Position numbers and translations under genes: made by a program
Shown: piece after piece, positions 1 through 11,958 of the stretch
How positions within the stretch are numbered: the first letter of the stretch is position 1
How the letters are laid out: the number at the start of each line of letters is the position of its first letter
The notes under the pieces: model-generated
What the model was told of the DNA's origin: nothing
The model's input: only the letters and a program-made list of their open reading frames with translations
Database searches by the model: none
Assembly (NCBI GenBank): GCA_963828465.1
Contig: CAWHEU010000021.1
Location: 32,001-96,000, forward strand
DNA: 64,000 bases
Direction of reading: 5' to 3'
Source: an uncultured Acidobacteriota bacterium
GTDB taxonomy: Bacteria; Actinomycetota; Acidimicrobiia; Spongiisociales; ZC4RG35

Positions 1-506
1 CCGTCTGTTGGATCGGGTGTCGACGCGTCGACCCCGCTCAGAGACAGGGCGAGCGAGTTTGCCCATGCGCCATGCCCATCGGCGTTGTAGACGAGGACCG
101 GACGGTCGGGAACAACGGCGTCGAGAGCCTCCTTGGGAGGGCATCCACGTGGGAACCAGGTCTGATGCCAGCCACCGCCGAGGATCCATTCCGTTTCCGG
201 GTGATCAGTCGCATACCGGGCGACGTATGCGATGGCGTCCTCGGCACTGGCACACCCCTCGAACGAGCACCGGAGGAGGTCGAGACCACTGCTCCCGGGA
301 TGGCAATGAGCATCCTGAAATCCAGGACTGAGCATCCGGCCGGCGAGATCGACCACTCGTGTCGTCGGACCAATCGATTCGGAGACAGTGGCTTCATCTC
401 CCACGGCAGTTATCCGCTCCCCGGTGACGGCAAGGGCCCTCACGAACGAACGCGCCGGCCCGGCGGTGAAGACTGGCCCGTTGACGAAGACGAGGTCGGC
501 CGGCAT
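1..506 (-). CDS. Amidohydrolase family 3 (YtcJ-like), 5' part; runs off the window edge
   Basis: Absent from the ORF track because it has no stop in the window. Manual translation from ATG 506: MPADLVFVNGPVFT...ALAVTGERITAVG...VVDLAGRMLSPGFQDAHCHP...WILGGGW...DGHGAWANSLAL; the DxHxH metal motif is present. Confidence 0.9.
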   Translation of the reverse strand, partial: MPADLVFVNGPVFTAGPARSFVRALAVTGERITAVGDEATVSESIGPTTRVVDLAGRMLSPGFQDAHCHPGSSGLDLLRCSFEGCASAEDAIAYVARYATDHPETEWILGGGWHQTWFPRGCPPKEALDAVVPDRPVLVYNADGHGAWANSLALSLSGVDASTPDPTD

Positions 507-552
507 GGCGCGGCAGAGTACCCACGGTTTGCCACCGCTACCCTCGTCGCCC

Positions 553-1791
553 ATGTCCTCCTTCTGGCACCCGTTCGCGGAGATGAGCAAGGTGCAGCAC
601 GCGCCGTTCATCGTCGATCGCGGTGAAGGGATCTACGTCTACGACGAGTCAGGCCGGCGCTATCTCGATGCCGCCGCCTCCCTCTGGTACATGAACGTCG
701 GCTACGGCCGGACGGAGATCATCGACGCCATGGCGGAGCAGATGCGCAAGCTGCCCGCGTTTCATGCCTTCATCGACTACGGGACCAGGCCCGCAATCGA
801 CCTGGCGGACCGGATCGCGTCGGTCTCCCCGGACCCCGGCTCGAAGGTCTTCTTCGGATCGGGCGGATCGGATGCCGTCGACACCGCGGCCAAGATGACC
901 CGGCGCTATTTCAATGCGATCGGCCAGCCCGAGCGCACCGTCTTCATCTCCAGGGAATGGGCCTACCACGGCATGCATCCCTATGGCACGTCGCTGGGCG
1001 GGATGGAGCCCAATCGCGCCGGATACGGCGGCGACCTGGTGACCGACATCGTGATCGTCCCCCACGACGATGCCGAAGCCGTGGAGAAGGCGATAGACCA
1101 TGCCGGTGCCGACCGAATCGCCGGAATCTTCGTCGAGCCCGTCATTGGAGCGGGTGGAGTCCGCCCGGTCGAGGAGTCGTACTTCGGGGCAGTCCAGGAA
1201 CTGGTCCGCAATGCCGGTGGGCTCTACGTCTCGGACGAAGTCATCACCGGCTTCGGGCGGGTCGGGGACTGGTTTGCTGCCAACAAGTACGGTCTGGAGC
1301 CTGACCTGATCACGTTCGCCAAAGGCGTCACATGCGGGTACGCCCCTCTGGGTGGGGTGATCGCGTCTCCGAAGGTTGCCGCTCCGTTCTTCGACACGCC
1401 CGGACTCATGTTCCGCCACGGCTACACGTACTCGGGCCACACCACGGCCTGTGTTGCCGGCCTGGTCGTGATGGACATCCTGGAGCGGGAGGGACTCCTC
1501 GCTCGTGCCGCCGAGCTCGAAGACGAGCTCTATCAGGTCCTGCTCCCCCTCGAGGAGCTTCCGGTAGTCGATCATGTCCGACGGGGAGTAGGCGCGCTGG
1601 CGGCAGTTCAGATGGCTGTCGGTGAGGACGAGACACTCCCGTACAGGGCCGCCGCGTCATGCCGCGAAGCGGGTGTCCTGACCCGGGCGGTCGGGGGTGG
1701 CGGGCTTCAGGTATCGCCGCCGCTCATCATGACCCCGGATCAGGTGTCCGAGATGGCCTCACTCTTCCGGGTCGGCCTCGAGGCCATGTGA
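553..1791 (+). CDS. Class III PLP aminotransferase (putrescine/omega-amine type)
   Basis: FWHPF, YLDAAASLW, SGGSDAVD, YHG, FVEPVIGAGG, DEVITGFGR, DLITFAKG, HGYTYSGH. Start at ATG 553, preceded by a TACCCT -10 box. Confidence 0.92.
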   Translation: MSSFWHPFAEMSKVQHAPFIVDRGEGIYVYDESGRRYLDAAASLWYMNVGYGRTEIIDAMAEQMRKLPAFHAFIDYGTRPAIDLADRIASVSPDPGSKVFFGSGGSDAVDTAAKMTRRYFNAIGQPERTVFISREWAYHGMHPYGTSLGGMEPNRAGYGGDLVTDIVIVPHDDAEAVEKAIDHAGADRIAGIFVEPVIGAGGVRPVEESYFGAVQELVRNAGGLYVSDEVITGFGRVGDWFAANKYGLEPDLITFAKGVTCGYAPLGGVIASPKVAAPFFDTPGLMFRHGYTYSGHTTACVAGLVVMDILEREGLLARAAELEDELYQVLLPLEELPVVDHVRRGVGALAAVQMAVGEDETLPYRAAASCREAGVLTRAVGGGGLQVSPPLIMTPDQVSEMASLFRVGLEAM

Positions 1792-3056
1792 AGCACACTC
1801 CCTTCTGGGTCGAGGAGCACCCCAGGCCGGAGAACATCACATCCGATCTCCCCGGTGAGGCCGACGTCCTGATCGTCGGGTCCGGCCTGACCGGGCTCAC
1901 CGCCGCGTTACGTCTGGCCCGTGGCGGAAGGTCGGTAGTCGTGGTCGACTCGGGGGAGATCGCTTCGGGAGCGTCGAGTGTCAACGGTGGCATGGTCTCG
2001 CCGGACATCAAGGCAGGGATCAGGGTCATCTTCGAGCAATTCGGCCCGGAGCTGGGACGGGAGATGTGGCAGGCGACCGTGCGCTCGGTCGACATCGTCT
2101 CCGATCTGGCCGCTGCCGAATCGATCGACGCGAAGGTCATGCGTGGCGGCATGGCTGCGCTCGGTGTTGGGACCGATTCACAGGCCAGGTTCGAGCAGAG
2201 CGTCTCCTGGTATCGGGAGCACGTCGGAGTCGACTGGGAGGTGCTCGGCCCGGGTCGGGTGGGGGAGGTGATCGGACACGGGCCGTTCACGACCGCCATC
2301 TTCGAGCCGGAGGGCTTCGGGATACAACCGGCCCGATTCGTCTTCGGTCTCGCCTCCCGTGCCGCCGCGGCCGGAGCCCGGCTCGTGTCCCATTGTGAGG
2401 CGACATCTTTCGAGAAGGACGGTCCCGGGTTCCTGGTGCTGACCACGAAAGGCCCGGTCCGGACTGGCGAGATCGTCCTCGCCACCAACGGATACACCAC
2501 CGATCGACCCTCCGCCGAGCTCGCCCGGCGCATCGTCCCCGTGGGGTCCTACATCGTGGTCACCGAGCCGATCGCCGATCGTGCCCGCGAGATCTTTCCG
2601 GGCGGGGCGATGACCTATACCAAGAAGCGGCTGCTCAACTACATGCGGCGCACCCCGGACGGTCGAATCCTGATCGGGGGAAGGCGAAACCTCCACACCG
2701 GGCTCGATCTGGACGAATCCGCCGCCGCCCTCCGAGGCCAGCTCATCGGATATTTCCCCCAGCTCGAAGACGTGCCCCTGACACATGTTTGGGGAGGCAA
2801 GCTCGCCGTCCCCTTCGACCTCGTGCCCCACATGGGCCAGGTCGACGGTGCCTGGTATGCCCTGGGTTACGCCGGTCACGGAGTGGGTCTGTCCACACTG
2901 ATGGGTCACGAGCTGGCCGGGATGCTCTTGGGTGAGGAGCCGCCGAGCGTCTTCACCAAGGTGCCCCACCCCACGCGGTTCTACTACCGGGGCAATCCCT
3001 GGTTCCTCACCCCGGCCTCGATCCTCTATAGGACGCTCGATCGTCTGAACCGATAG
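1788..3056 (+). CDS. FAD-dependent oxidoreductase (PuuB/DAO-like)
   Basis: GTGA overlap with the upstream gene; DVLIVGSGLTG, GASSVNGG, VLATNGY, GYAGHGV motifs. Confidence 0.88.
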   Translation: MKHTPFWVEEHPRPENITSDLPGEADVLIVGSGLTGLTAALRLARGGRSVVVVDSGEIASGASSVNGGMVSPDIKAGIRVIFEQFGPELGREMWQATVRSVDIVSDLAAAESIDAKVMRGGMAALGVGTDSQARFEQSVSWYREHVGVDWEVLGPGRVGEVIGHGPFTTAIFEPEGFGIQPARFVFGLASRAAAAGARLVSHCEATSFEKDGPGFLVLTTKGPVRTGEIVLATNGYTTDRPSAELARRIVPVGSYIVVTEPIADRAREIFPGGAMTYTKKRLLNYMRRTPDGRILIGGRRNLHTGLDLDESAAALRGQLIGYFPQLEDVPLTHVWGGKLAVPFDLVPHMGQVDGAWYALGYAGHGVGLSTLMGHELAGMLLGEEPPSVFTKVPHPTRFYYRGNPWFLTPASILYRTLDRLNR

Positions 3057-3065
3057 GCTCGGGGC

Positions 3066-3374
3066 ATGAGCTTCCCACAAGAGTCGACCGCATATCCCGA
3101 GGCCAGTCAGGCCTCCACCGCCCTCGTCCTGGGCATCGTTGGCCTGGTCTGTTGCCAGATCCTCGGCATCGTGGCCTGGATCATGGCCAACAACGAGTTG
3201 GAAGCGATCAAGGAAGGGCGCCGCAACCCGCAGAACGAAGGCACGGCTACCGCCGCACGGATCATCGGGATAATCGCCACGGTGCTTCTCGGGCTCGGGA
3301 TCATCGCGCTGATCGTCGGGATCATCGCCGGTGTGGCGCTGATCCCCTTGTCGGACGAGTTCTGGCGGGAGGAC
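3066..3374 (+). CDS. DUF4190-like small membrane protein (stop codon unclear; reads through to 3530)
   Basis: ALVLGIVGLVCC...A.A.IIGII pattern with two TM segments. A GGAGG RBS plus ATG at 3375 suggests the next gene starts there. Confidence 0.65.
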
Positions 3375-3769
3375 ATGGTTCCGTTGACCAGGGCGTGGCG
3401 AGACCGACTCGTGTTGGCCGCCCCGTTGCGGTGCTCGGGCTCCTCGCCTCGATCAGGCCCCAAGGCGACGGTGTCACGATCTGCCCCTTCGCTCTATTCA
3501 CCGGGATGGCATGCCCGGGCTGTGGCATGACCCGGGCCGCCTCGTCCCTGATCCGGGGTGACCTGACCACCGCCCTCGGCTACCACCCCCTGGTGCCGTG
3601 GATCGCCCTGTTGTCGATCGGAGGATGGGCGTGGTTCCTGCTGCGTCGTTCGGGTCGGGTCGAACCCCTCCCGACGAGATGGGTGAACACCATCCTCATC
3701 GGCACCGGGGTCATGCTTCTTGGCGTATGGGCCGCCCGTCTTCTGAGTGGGACGCTGCCGCCGGTCTGA
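3375..3769 (+). CDS. DUF2752-like membrane protein, frameshifted near 3423
   Basis: CPFALFTGMACPGCGMTRA...YHPL motif lies in the 3152..3769 frame; the N-terminus MVPLTRAWRDRLVLAAP is in another frame. Confidence 0.75.
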
Positions 3770-4589
3770 CCCGCCGGCGAAATACGCGGAAGACGATCGC
3801 CGCAGCCATCGCGACCAGGCCGATGGTCAGCGGCACCATCCATTTCGAGTTTGCGAGGAGCGCGAAGCTCTCCCGGAACGGCGCCCTTCCGCCCTCCGGA
3901 TCGACAAGCCATGACCCAAGACGCAGCAGCACAGCGAACGAAAGCGCGCCGAGGGCGAAGCGGGTGAGCAGCGCCCTGAACGCTCGCATCCGATCCATCG
4001 ACATGACGATGTAGGCAGTTCCTGCAAAGAGCATGAGCAACGCGCCGAGCATCGCCGCTGTGCCGAGATTTGCCGCCAGTGGCGAGGACGCTCCAACGAA
4101 CGGCTGATCCGACGCGTCACGAATCACTAGCGGGTCGAGTCGGGCCAGGGCGGCTTCGACTTGCTCGTTGGTCACCGGCACACCGGCCTCGTTCAGCCCC
4201 GTCGTGATCTGGCCCGAAGCGGGGAGCAGGATGGCGGCAACATCGACCGTGCCACCACTCGGGTCGCCCGAGGCTGCCGCTTCCACACCCTCGGCCACGA
4301 GCTCCTCGAGGACCGGCCCTACCGACGGGTGGGCCAGCACCTGGTCGGCCGCGACCGAAGCGCCGACACCATCGACTCCGGCATTGACGAGCTCGGCCTC
4401 CAGCCATGTGGCAAGACGGTCCGACACCATGTCGCCTGCCGCCAGCGGACTGAGTGTGTCGGCCAGTTCATTGGTGTCGACCACGACCGCCCTGCCCCAG
4501 ATTCCGACCAGAAGCACGGTGGAGGCGAGGCCGAACACCCAACCCGCCACACCGATGGCAAAGCGTCTGCTGCGATTCCGGGAGCTCAA
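3711..4589 (-). CDS. Hypothetical integral membrane protein
   Basis: One N-terminal and three C-terminal hydrophobic segments; TTGA overlap with the Mrp gene stop. Confidence 0.75.
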   Translation of the reverse strand: MSSRNRSRRFAIGVAGWVFGLASTVLLVGIWGRAVVVDTNELADTLSPLAAGDMVSDRLATWLEAELVNAGVDGVGASVAADQVLAHPSVGPVLEELVAEGVEAAASGDPSGGTVDVAAILLPASGQITTGLNEAGVPVTNEQVEAALARLDPLVIRDASDQPFVGASSPLAANLGTAAMLGALLMLFAGTAYIVMSMDRMRAFRALLTRFALGALSFAVLLRLGSWLVDPEGGRAPFRESFALLANSKWMVPLTIGLVAMAAAIVFRVFRRRVRPAAASHSEDGRPIRQEA

Positions 4590-5665
4590 TTGATCACGAG
4601 CGCCGGGTTGGTCCTGATGCGGGGCCGCTTGTCGACGACCGCTTTGGCCAGGCCGTCGAACGCATCCGCTGCCTCGGACCCGGGAGCGGCGATCGAGACC
4701 GGATGCCCTTCGTCGGCGCCTCTCCCCATCGCCGGCAACAGCGGGATCTGAGCCATGAGGTCCACGCCCAACTCGGCGGCCAACGATGCACCGCCGCCGC
4801 TTCCAAACAACTCATAGCGCTTGTCGTCGTCCGCGGTGAACCACGACATGTTCTCCACCACGCCGATGACCTGCTGGTCGACCTCGGCTGCCATCAGGGC
4901 CGCACGCCGGGCCACCCTCTGTGCGGTTGGCTGTGGGGTGGTGACGAGCAGGACCTGGGCCCGGGGCAGGAACTGGGACATCGAGATGGCAATGTCACCG
5001 GTGCCAGGTGGCATGTCGACGATCAGGAAGTCGAGAGTGTCCCAGAACACGTCCTTGAGGAATTGCTCGATGGCCTTGTGCAGCATCGGGCCCCGCCAGA
5101 TCACCGCTTTGTCGTCACCGACGAAGTAGTCCATCGACATCACCTTCACCCCGTGGGCGGTGGGAGGCACGATCGCCTCGCCCACCATCACCGGGGGCTG
5201 CGTGACTCCGAGCATCCTCGGGATCGAAAAGCCCCAGATGTCACCGTCGACGATGCCGACACGGTGCCCGCCGCGTCGCAACGAGACCGCCAGGTTGGAG
5301 CTGACAGATGACTTACCCACTCCGCCCTTGCCGGAAGAGATCGCCAGCACTCTCGTCTGAGACCCGGGCTCGCCCAGCCCGGGCCCAGACTCGGCGCGCA
5401 ATTTGCCGATCCAATCGATCGCCATCTGCTCGGTCATGACCTCGACGGTCACGTCTGCGCCACGTCCGTAAGGCTCCAGCGCTTGTTGGAGACGCTCGTT
5501 CAGGATCTCGGGCGGGTTCGAATTGGGAAGCAGGAGGTCCACTTTCACCTTGCCGAGCTTCTTCTCGGCCGACTTGACGAGGCCGAGGCTGCCCAGCGTC
5601 CTGCCCACGAGAAGGGGGGATTCGATGGACGCGACCGCCTCGAAGATCTCGTCGTTGGAAGGCAT
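4586..5665 (-). CDS. mrp: Mrp/NBP35 (ApbC) Fe-S carrier ATPase
   Basis: SSGKGGVGKS, DIWGFSIPRM, VIWRGPMLHKA, DMPPGTGD, VVENMS. Confidence 0.93.
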   Translation of the reverse strand: MPSNDEIFEAVASIESPLLVGRTLGSLGLVKSAEKKLGKVKVDLLLPNSNPPEILNERLQQALEPYGRGADVTVEVMTEQMAIDWIGKLRAESGPGLGEPGSQTRVLAISSGKGGVGKSSVSSNLAVSLRRGGHRVGIVDGDIWGFSIPRMLGVTQPPVMVGEAIVPPTAHGVKVMSMDYFVGDDKAVIWRGPMLHKAIEQFLKDVFWDTLDFLIVDMPPGTGDIAISMSQFLPRAQVLLVTTPQPTAQRVARRAALMAAEVDQQVIGVVENMSWFTADDDKRYELFGSGGGASLAAELGVDLMAQIPLLPAMGRGADEGHPVSIAAPGSEAADAFDGLAKAVVDKRPRIRTNPALVIN

Positions 5666-5733
5666 CGATTTCCCCTATGCCGGCAGTGGTTAGAAGGCCT
5701 GGCCACTATAGTTTTCGCCGGTTGGTACCCCCG

Positions 5734-6453
5734 ATGGACACCAAAACCCTCGAAGCGAGGATCTCCGATCTGACCGCAGCCTTGGGCGATCCCACCCGGA
5801 GGGCCATCTACATCGCGGTCAGGGAATCGGCCGAGCCGCTGACCACTTCCACTGTCGCCGAGTTGTTCGGGCTCCATCCCAATGTCGCCCGTCATCATCT
5901 GGACCTTCTGGCCGACGAGGGCTATCTGAGAGTCAGCCATCGTCGACCATCCGGCAAGGGCGGGCCCGGGGCCGGCCGCCCGGCCAAGTGCTACGAGGCG
6001 ACCACCAAGGAGGTCTCGGTCCACTTCGCCCCACGCCGGTTCGAGATGCTCGTCGAGATGCTGATCAGGGTGCTCGACCAGGTTGCGCCGGAGAATGTCG
6101 GCCAGGTGGCCGAATCGGTCGGGCGCGCCTATGGGGCGGAGTTGGCCGCCGAGATCGGAGTCCCCGATGAGCCCGGCTACGACGGGGCGGTTCAGGCGGT
6201 CGCCAAGGCCATGACCGGGCTCGGCTTCTCCGTCGACCCGGACGTGCAGGGCCAACAGCTCCTGACCACCCATTGCCCGTTCGGCGAGGCCGCCACCAGC
6301 CACCCCGAGGTCATCTGTTCACTCGACAAGGGCATCGTCGCCGGGATGTTCGGCGCCCTCTCCTATGACTGCAATCCGGTCATCATCCCCCACATCGATC
6401 TCGAGGACGACTGCGTGACCCGGGTCCCGGTGGAAATAGGTTTTAGGTCTTAA
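5734..6453 (+). CDS. ArsR-type wHTH regulator, SufR-like
   Basis: ALGDPTRRAI, LHPNVARHHLDLL, GAGRPAKCY and a C-terminal HCPF...ICSLD...C...C cysteine pattern. Confidence 0.8.
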   Translation: MDTKTLEARISDLTAALGDPTRRAIYIAVRESAEPLTTSTVAELFGLHPNVARHHLDLLADEGYLRVSHRRPSGKGGPGAGRPAKCYEATTKEVSVHFAPRRFEMLVEMLIRVLDQVAPENVGQVAESVGRAYGAELAAEIGVPDEPGYDGAVQAVAKAMTGLGFSVDPDVQGQQLLTTHCPFGEAATSHPEVICSLDKGIVAGMFGALSYDCNPVIIPHIDLEDDCVTRVPVEIGFRS

Positions 6454-6535
6454 GTTTTAGGTTCCGGGTAAGAGCGGCCAGCCTTTCGAGTCAGGCTTGG
6501 ACATCGGATTCCCGCCCCCTCGGTAACCTTCGAAC

Positions 6536-9261
<2,726 letters not shown>

Positions 9262-9269
<8 letters not shown>

Positions 9270-9795
9270 AGATCCGGAGGGACCCCTCCAGGGACGCCGC
9301 TTCCTGCTCAGCGGGGTGTTTGTCGGCGTCGTTGTCATCGGACTCGCGGTGGCCTGGGCCATCGGCGACCGCGGCGTGGTCGCCCAGGCCGGCGAACCGG
9401 CACCCGACTTCACCGTCGACGTCCTCGACGGGGGCACCTTCTCCCTCTCCGATCACATCGCTGACGACGGCAGACCCCTGATCATCAACCTCTGGGCCTC
9501 CTGGTGTGCCCCCTGCCGGAAGGAGATGCCGGATCTCTCTGCCTTTGCCGGGGAGCACCCCGAAATCGAGGTGGTGGGCGTCGCCGTCGAGGATTCGTTG
9601 GAGGAGGCGAGGACCTTCGCAGCCGAGATCGATCCGGAGTACGCCCTGGCCTACGGCGACGAGGCCTTCGAAGAGGCGTACCACAATTTCGGCCTGCCGG
9701 TCACCTACTTCCTCGACGCCGATGGCACGGTCACCGAGGTCTTCAACGGCATCCTGACGCCGGAGAGGCTCGAGGAGATCACTGCCGGCGTTTAG
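9262..9795 (+). CDS. TlpA/ResA-type redoxin, membrane anchored
   Basis: NLWASWCAPCRKEMP and GLPVTYF. Start is either CTG 9262 (GAGGAAG upstream) or GTG 9316. Confidence 0.88.
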
Positions 9796-10463
9796 GCCGG
9801 CGCCGGGGCCGTTGCGAGCTGCTGCGCGTACTCGGCGTTGGGGCCCGCCACCAGCTCGGCAGTGACGATCAGGCGCTCCGTTGCCGAATACTTGGGATTG
9901 CAGGTGGTGAAAGTGAGCCAGGCCCCCGGCCTGCTATCGGTTACCCAGACGTCGGTTGGGGCGACAATGAACGACTCCCGGACCTCGTAGACGTGGGTCC
10001 CGATGCCGGTGTCGACCTCGACGCGGTCGCCGGGCACCAACAGGTCGAAGTCATGGAAGGGTCGGCCGTAGGTGGTCCGATGCCCTGAAATGACCGCGTT
10101 TCCGGGTTGTCCGGGAAGGGCCGTTCCCGGCATGTGGCCCGGGCCCTTGGCAAGGGTCGGTTTGGTCACGCCCTCGAAGACGACAGCCTCCAACCCGACC
10201 TTGGGGACCCGCAGCAGCGCGAACCCGACGCCGTCGCCAGGCACATCCTCCAGGACGTGCTCGACGACGACACCTTCCTCCTCGATTTCCTCGACTGCGG
10301 GGGTACCGACGTTCGCCATACGTCGCTCGAAAGTCGTCATCGCCTCCGTCTGGACCCGGGCGTTGAGGAGGTCCGTCCCATACAACTGCCAACCGAGGTA
10401 ACCGAAGAGGAAGATGCCGCTCCAGATGAGCGTCCACCCCAAGATCTGGACGTTCCGCCTCAT
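9792..10463 (-). CDS. Class E sortase
   Basis: N-terminal TM; GPGHMPGTALPG, NAVISGHRTTYGRPF, LTFTTCNP, ERL catalytic His/Cys/Arg. Confidence 0.92.
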   Translation of the reverse strand: MRRNVQILGWTLIWSGIFLFGYLGWQLYGTDLLNARVQTEAMTTFERRMANVGTPAVEEIEEEGVVVEHVLEDVPGDGVGFALLRVPKVGLEAVVFEGVTKPTLAKGPGHMPGTALPGQPGNAVISGHRTTYGRPFHDFDLLVPGDRVEVDTGIGTHVYEVRESFIVAPTDVWVTDSRPGAWLTFTTCNPKYSATERLIVTAELVAGPNAEYAQQLATAPAPA

Positions 10464-11308
10464 TTCTCCCCCCGCAGGGGGGAGTCCGGCGAAGCCGGGA
10501 GGGGGGATTCTTGCTCCCCCCGCAGGGGGGAGTCCGGCACAGGATTCCCTTTCCAATGAGGATCGCGTTTCTCCTGGAACGCGGCGATCCCCTCGGCGGC
10601 ATCCTCGCTCATGGCAACTGCGGTGAGCCCCGTCTGCAGTCGGTCGAGCGCCGCGTCGAAGTCGAGGTCGGCCATGCCGTAATAGGCATCCCGACCGATC
10701 ATGAGAATGGCCGCGCTCTTCGACTGCAACGCGGCGACGACCTCGTCCACGACAAGATCCAGGTCGGCGCGGGGCACGACGCGGGACACCGCGCCAAGCC
10801 GCTGTGACTCGTGGGCGTCGATCACCCGACCGGTGAGCATCAGCTCGAGAGCAGACTTGCGGGGCATCACCCGGGCGAGGAGCGCCGAGATCATCATCGG
10901 CCACAGCCCTACCCCGATCTCGGGTGCGCCCAATTTGGCATCGTCAACGCAGATCGTCACGTCGCAGGCGACGGCGAGCCCGAATCCGCCGGCGAGTGCA
11001 TGGCCGTTGACCCTTGCCACAGTGGGCTTCCCGCCCCGGATGATGAGCCGGAACAGGTCGGCGAAGACTCCCCTGGCCTTGTGCAACCCGACAGGGTCGT
11101 CGACGAAAGAGCCCGACAGGTCGCCGCCGGCAGAGAATGCCTGGTCCCCGGCTCCGGTGTACACGAGGACGCGCACCGCAGGATCGTCGATTGCCCGTCT
11201 GGTCGTGGAGTGGAGTTCTTCCATCGTCTCCACCGAGAGCGGATTGCGGCGGGTGGGATCAGAGAGCGTGATAGTTGCTCGACCCTCACCCACTTCGTAC
11301 TCGACCAA
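10460..11308 (-). CDS. Enoyl-CoA hydratase/isomerase with a repeat-derived C-terminal extension
   Basis: FSAGGDL, NGHALAGGFGL, PEIGVG, EGIAAFQEKRDP. Confidence 0.92.
   Translation of the reverse strand: MVEYEVGEGRATITLSDPTRRNPLSVETMEELHSTTRRAIDDPAVRVLVYTGAGDQAFSAGGDLSGSFVDDPVGLHKARGVFADLFRLIIRGGKPTVARVNGHALAGGFGLAVACDVTICVDDAKLGAPEIGVGLWPMMISALLARVMPRKSALELMLTGRVIDAHESQRLGAVSRVVPRADLDLVVDEVVAALQSKSAAILMIGRDAYYGMADLDFDAALDRLQTGLTAVAMSEDAAEGIAAFQEKRDPHWKGNPVPDSPLRGEQESPLPASPDSPLRGEK
10466..10538. repeat. REP-like palindromic repeat: two exact 25-bp copies with a 48-bp period
   Basis: CTCCCCCCGCAGGGGGGAGTCCGGC at 10466-10490 and 10514-10538, with a CCGGC-GAA-GCCGG hairpin spanning the end of copy 1. 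Confidence 0.85.
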
Positions 11309-11355
11309 TTCTCCGCCTTCGTCTGACTTGACACCCGGTATTACCGTCGTAGTAC

Positions 11356-11946
11356 ATGCTATGGCTGGCCATTGTCTTGTTCATCGCCTTGGCCATGGCG
11401 GTGCTGCGCGGGGGCCGTCTGACCAACCTGGGCGACATCGAGCTTCGGGCTTGGTGGCTCTTGCTGGTTGCCCTGGGCCTGCAGGTGGCGACCATCTGGC
11501 TGCCGGACTCGGATTGGGCAGAGGGTCTCGGGCTGGCCATGGTGCTGACCTCCTACGGGCTCCTCATGGCCCTGGTGGTGCTCAATCGCAACCGGACCGG
11601 GATGTGGCTCGCCGGTCTCGGGGTTCTGATGAACTTCACGGTGATCGCCGTCAACGGCGGGATGCCGGTGCTCGCCGAGGCGGCCGAGGTGGCTAGCGGG
11701 TTCACAGTCACCGTGCCTGATCTGTCCGGGTCGTTCAAGCACGTGATTCTCGACTCCGGTTCGAATCTCACCGCACTCGCCGATGTCATACCGCTCCGGA
11801 TAGGAGGGATCGGCCAGGTGATCAGCCTTGGTGATGTCTTCCTGGCGGTCGGCCTAGGCCGATTCCTGGAGCACGAGTTGCGCCGGCCACGTCGCTACTT
11901 CAAGCGCGGCGCCCACGCCCAGCCCGGGTCGGCGAGCAAGACCTGA
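11356..11946 (+). CDS. DUF5317-family membrane protein
   Basis: RGGRLTNL, G..MNFTVIAVNGGMPV, KH, LADVIP, SLGDVF; about 5 TM segments. Confidence 0.85.
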   Translation: MLWLAIVLFIALAMAVLRGGRLTNLGDIELRAWWLLLVALGLQVATIWLPDSDWAEGLGLAMVLTSYGLLMALVVLNRNRTGMWLAGLGVLMNFTVIAVNGGMPVLAEAAEVASGFTVTVPDLSGSFKHVILDSGSNLTALADVIPLRIGGIGQVISLGDVFLAVGLGRFLEHELRRPRRYFKRGAHAQPGSASKT

Positions 11947-11958
11947 CCGATCAATTGG

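Noticed and set aside
3066-3769. Novel DUF4190-DUF2752 fusion
   Set aside because: An internal GGAGG plus ATG at 3375 and a nearby frame break suggest two genes with a lost stop.
10466-10538. CRISPR array
   Set aside because: Only two units, a 23-nt structured spacer and no cas genes.
11328-11355. TTGACA-N16-TAGTAC promoter for the DUF5317 gene
   Set aside because: That -10 abuts the ATG, so transcription would start inside the CDS. A leaderless TACCGT at 11342 is an alternative, but the evidence is too weak to call.
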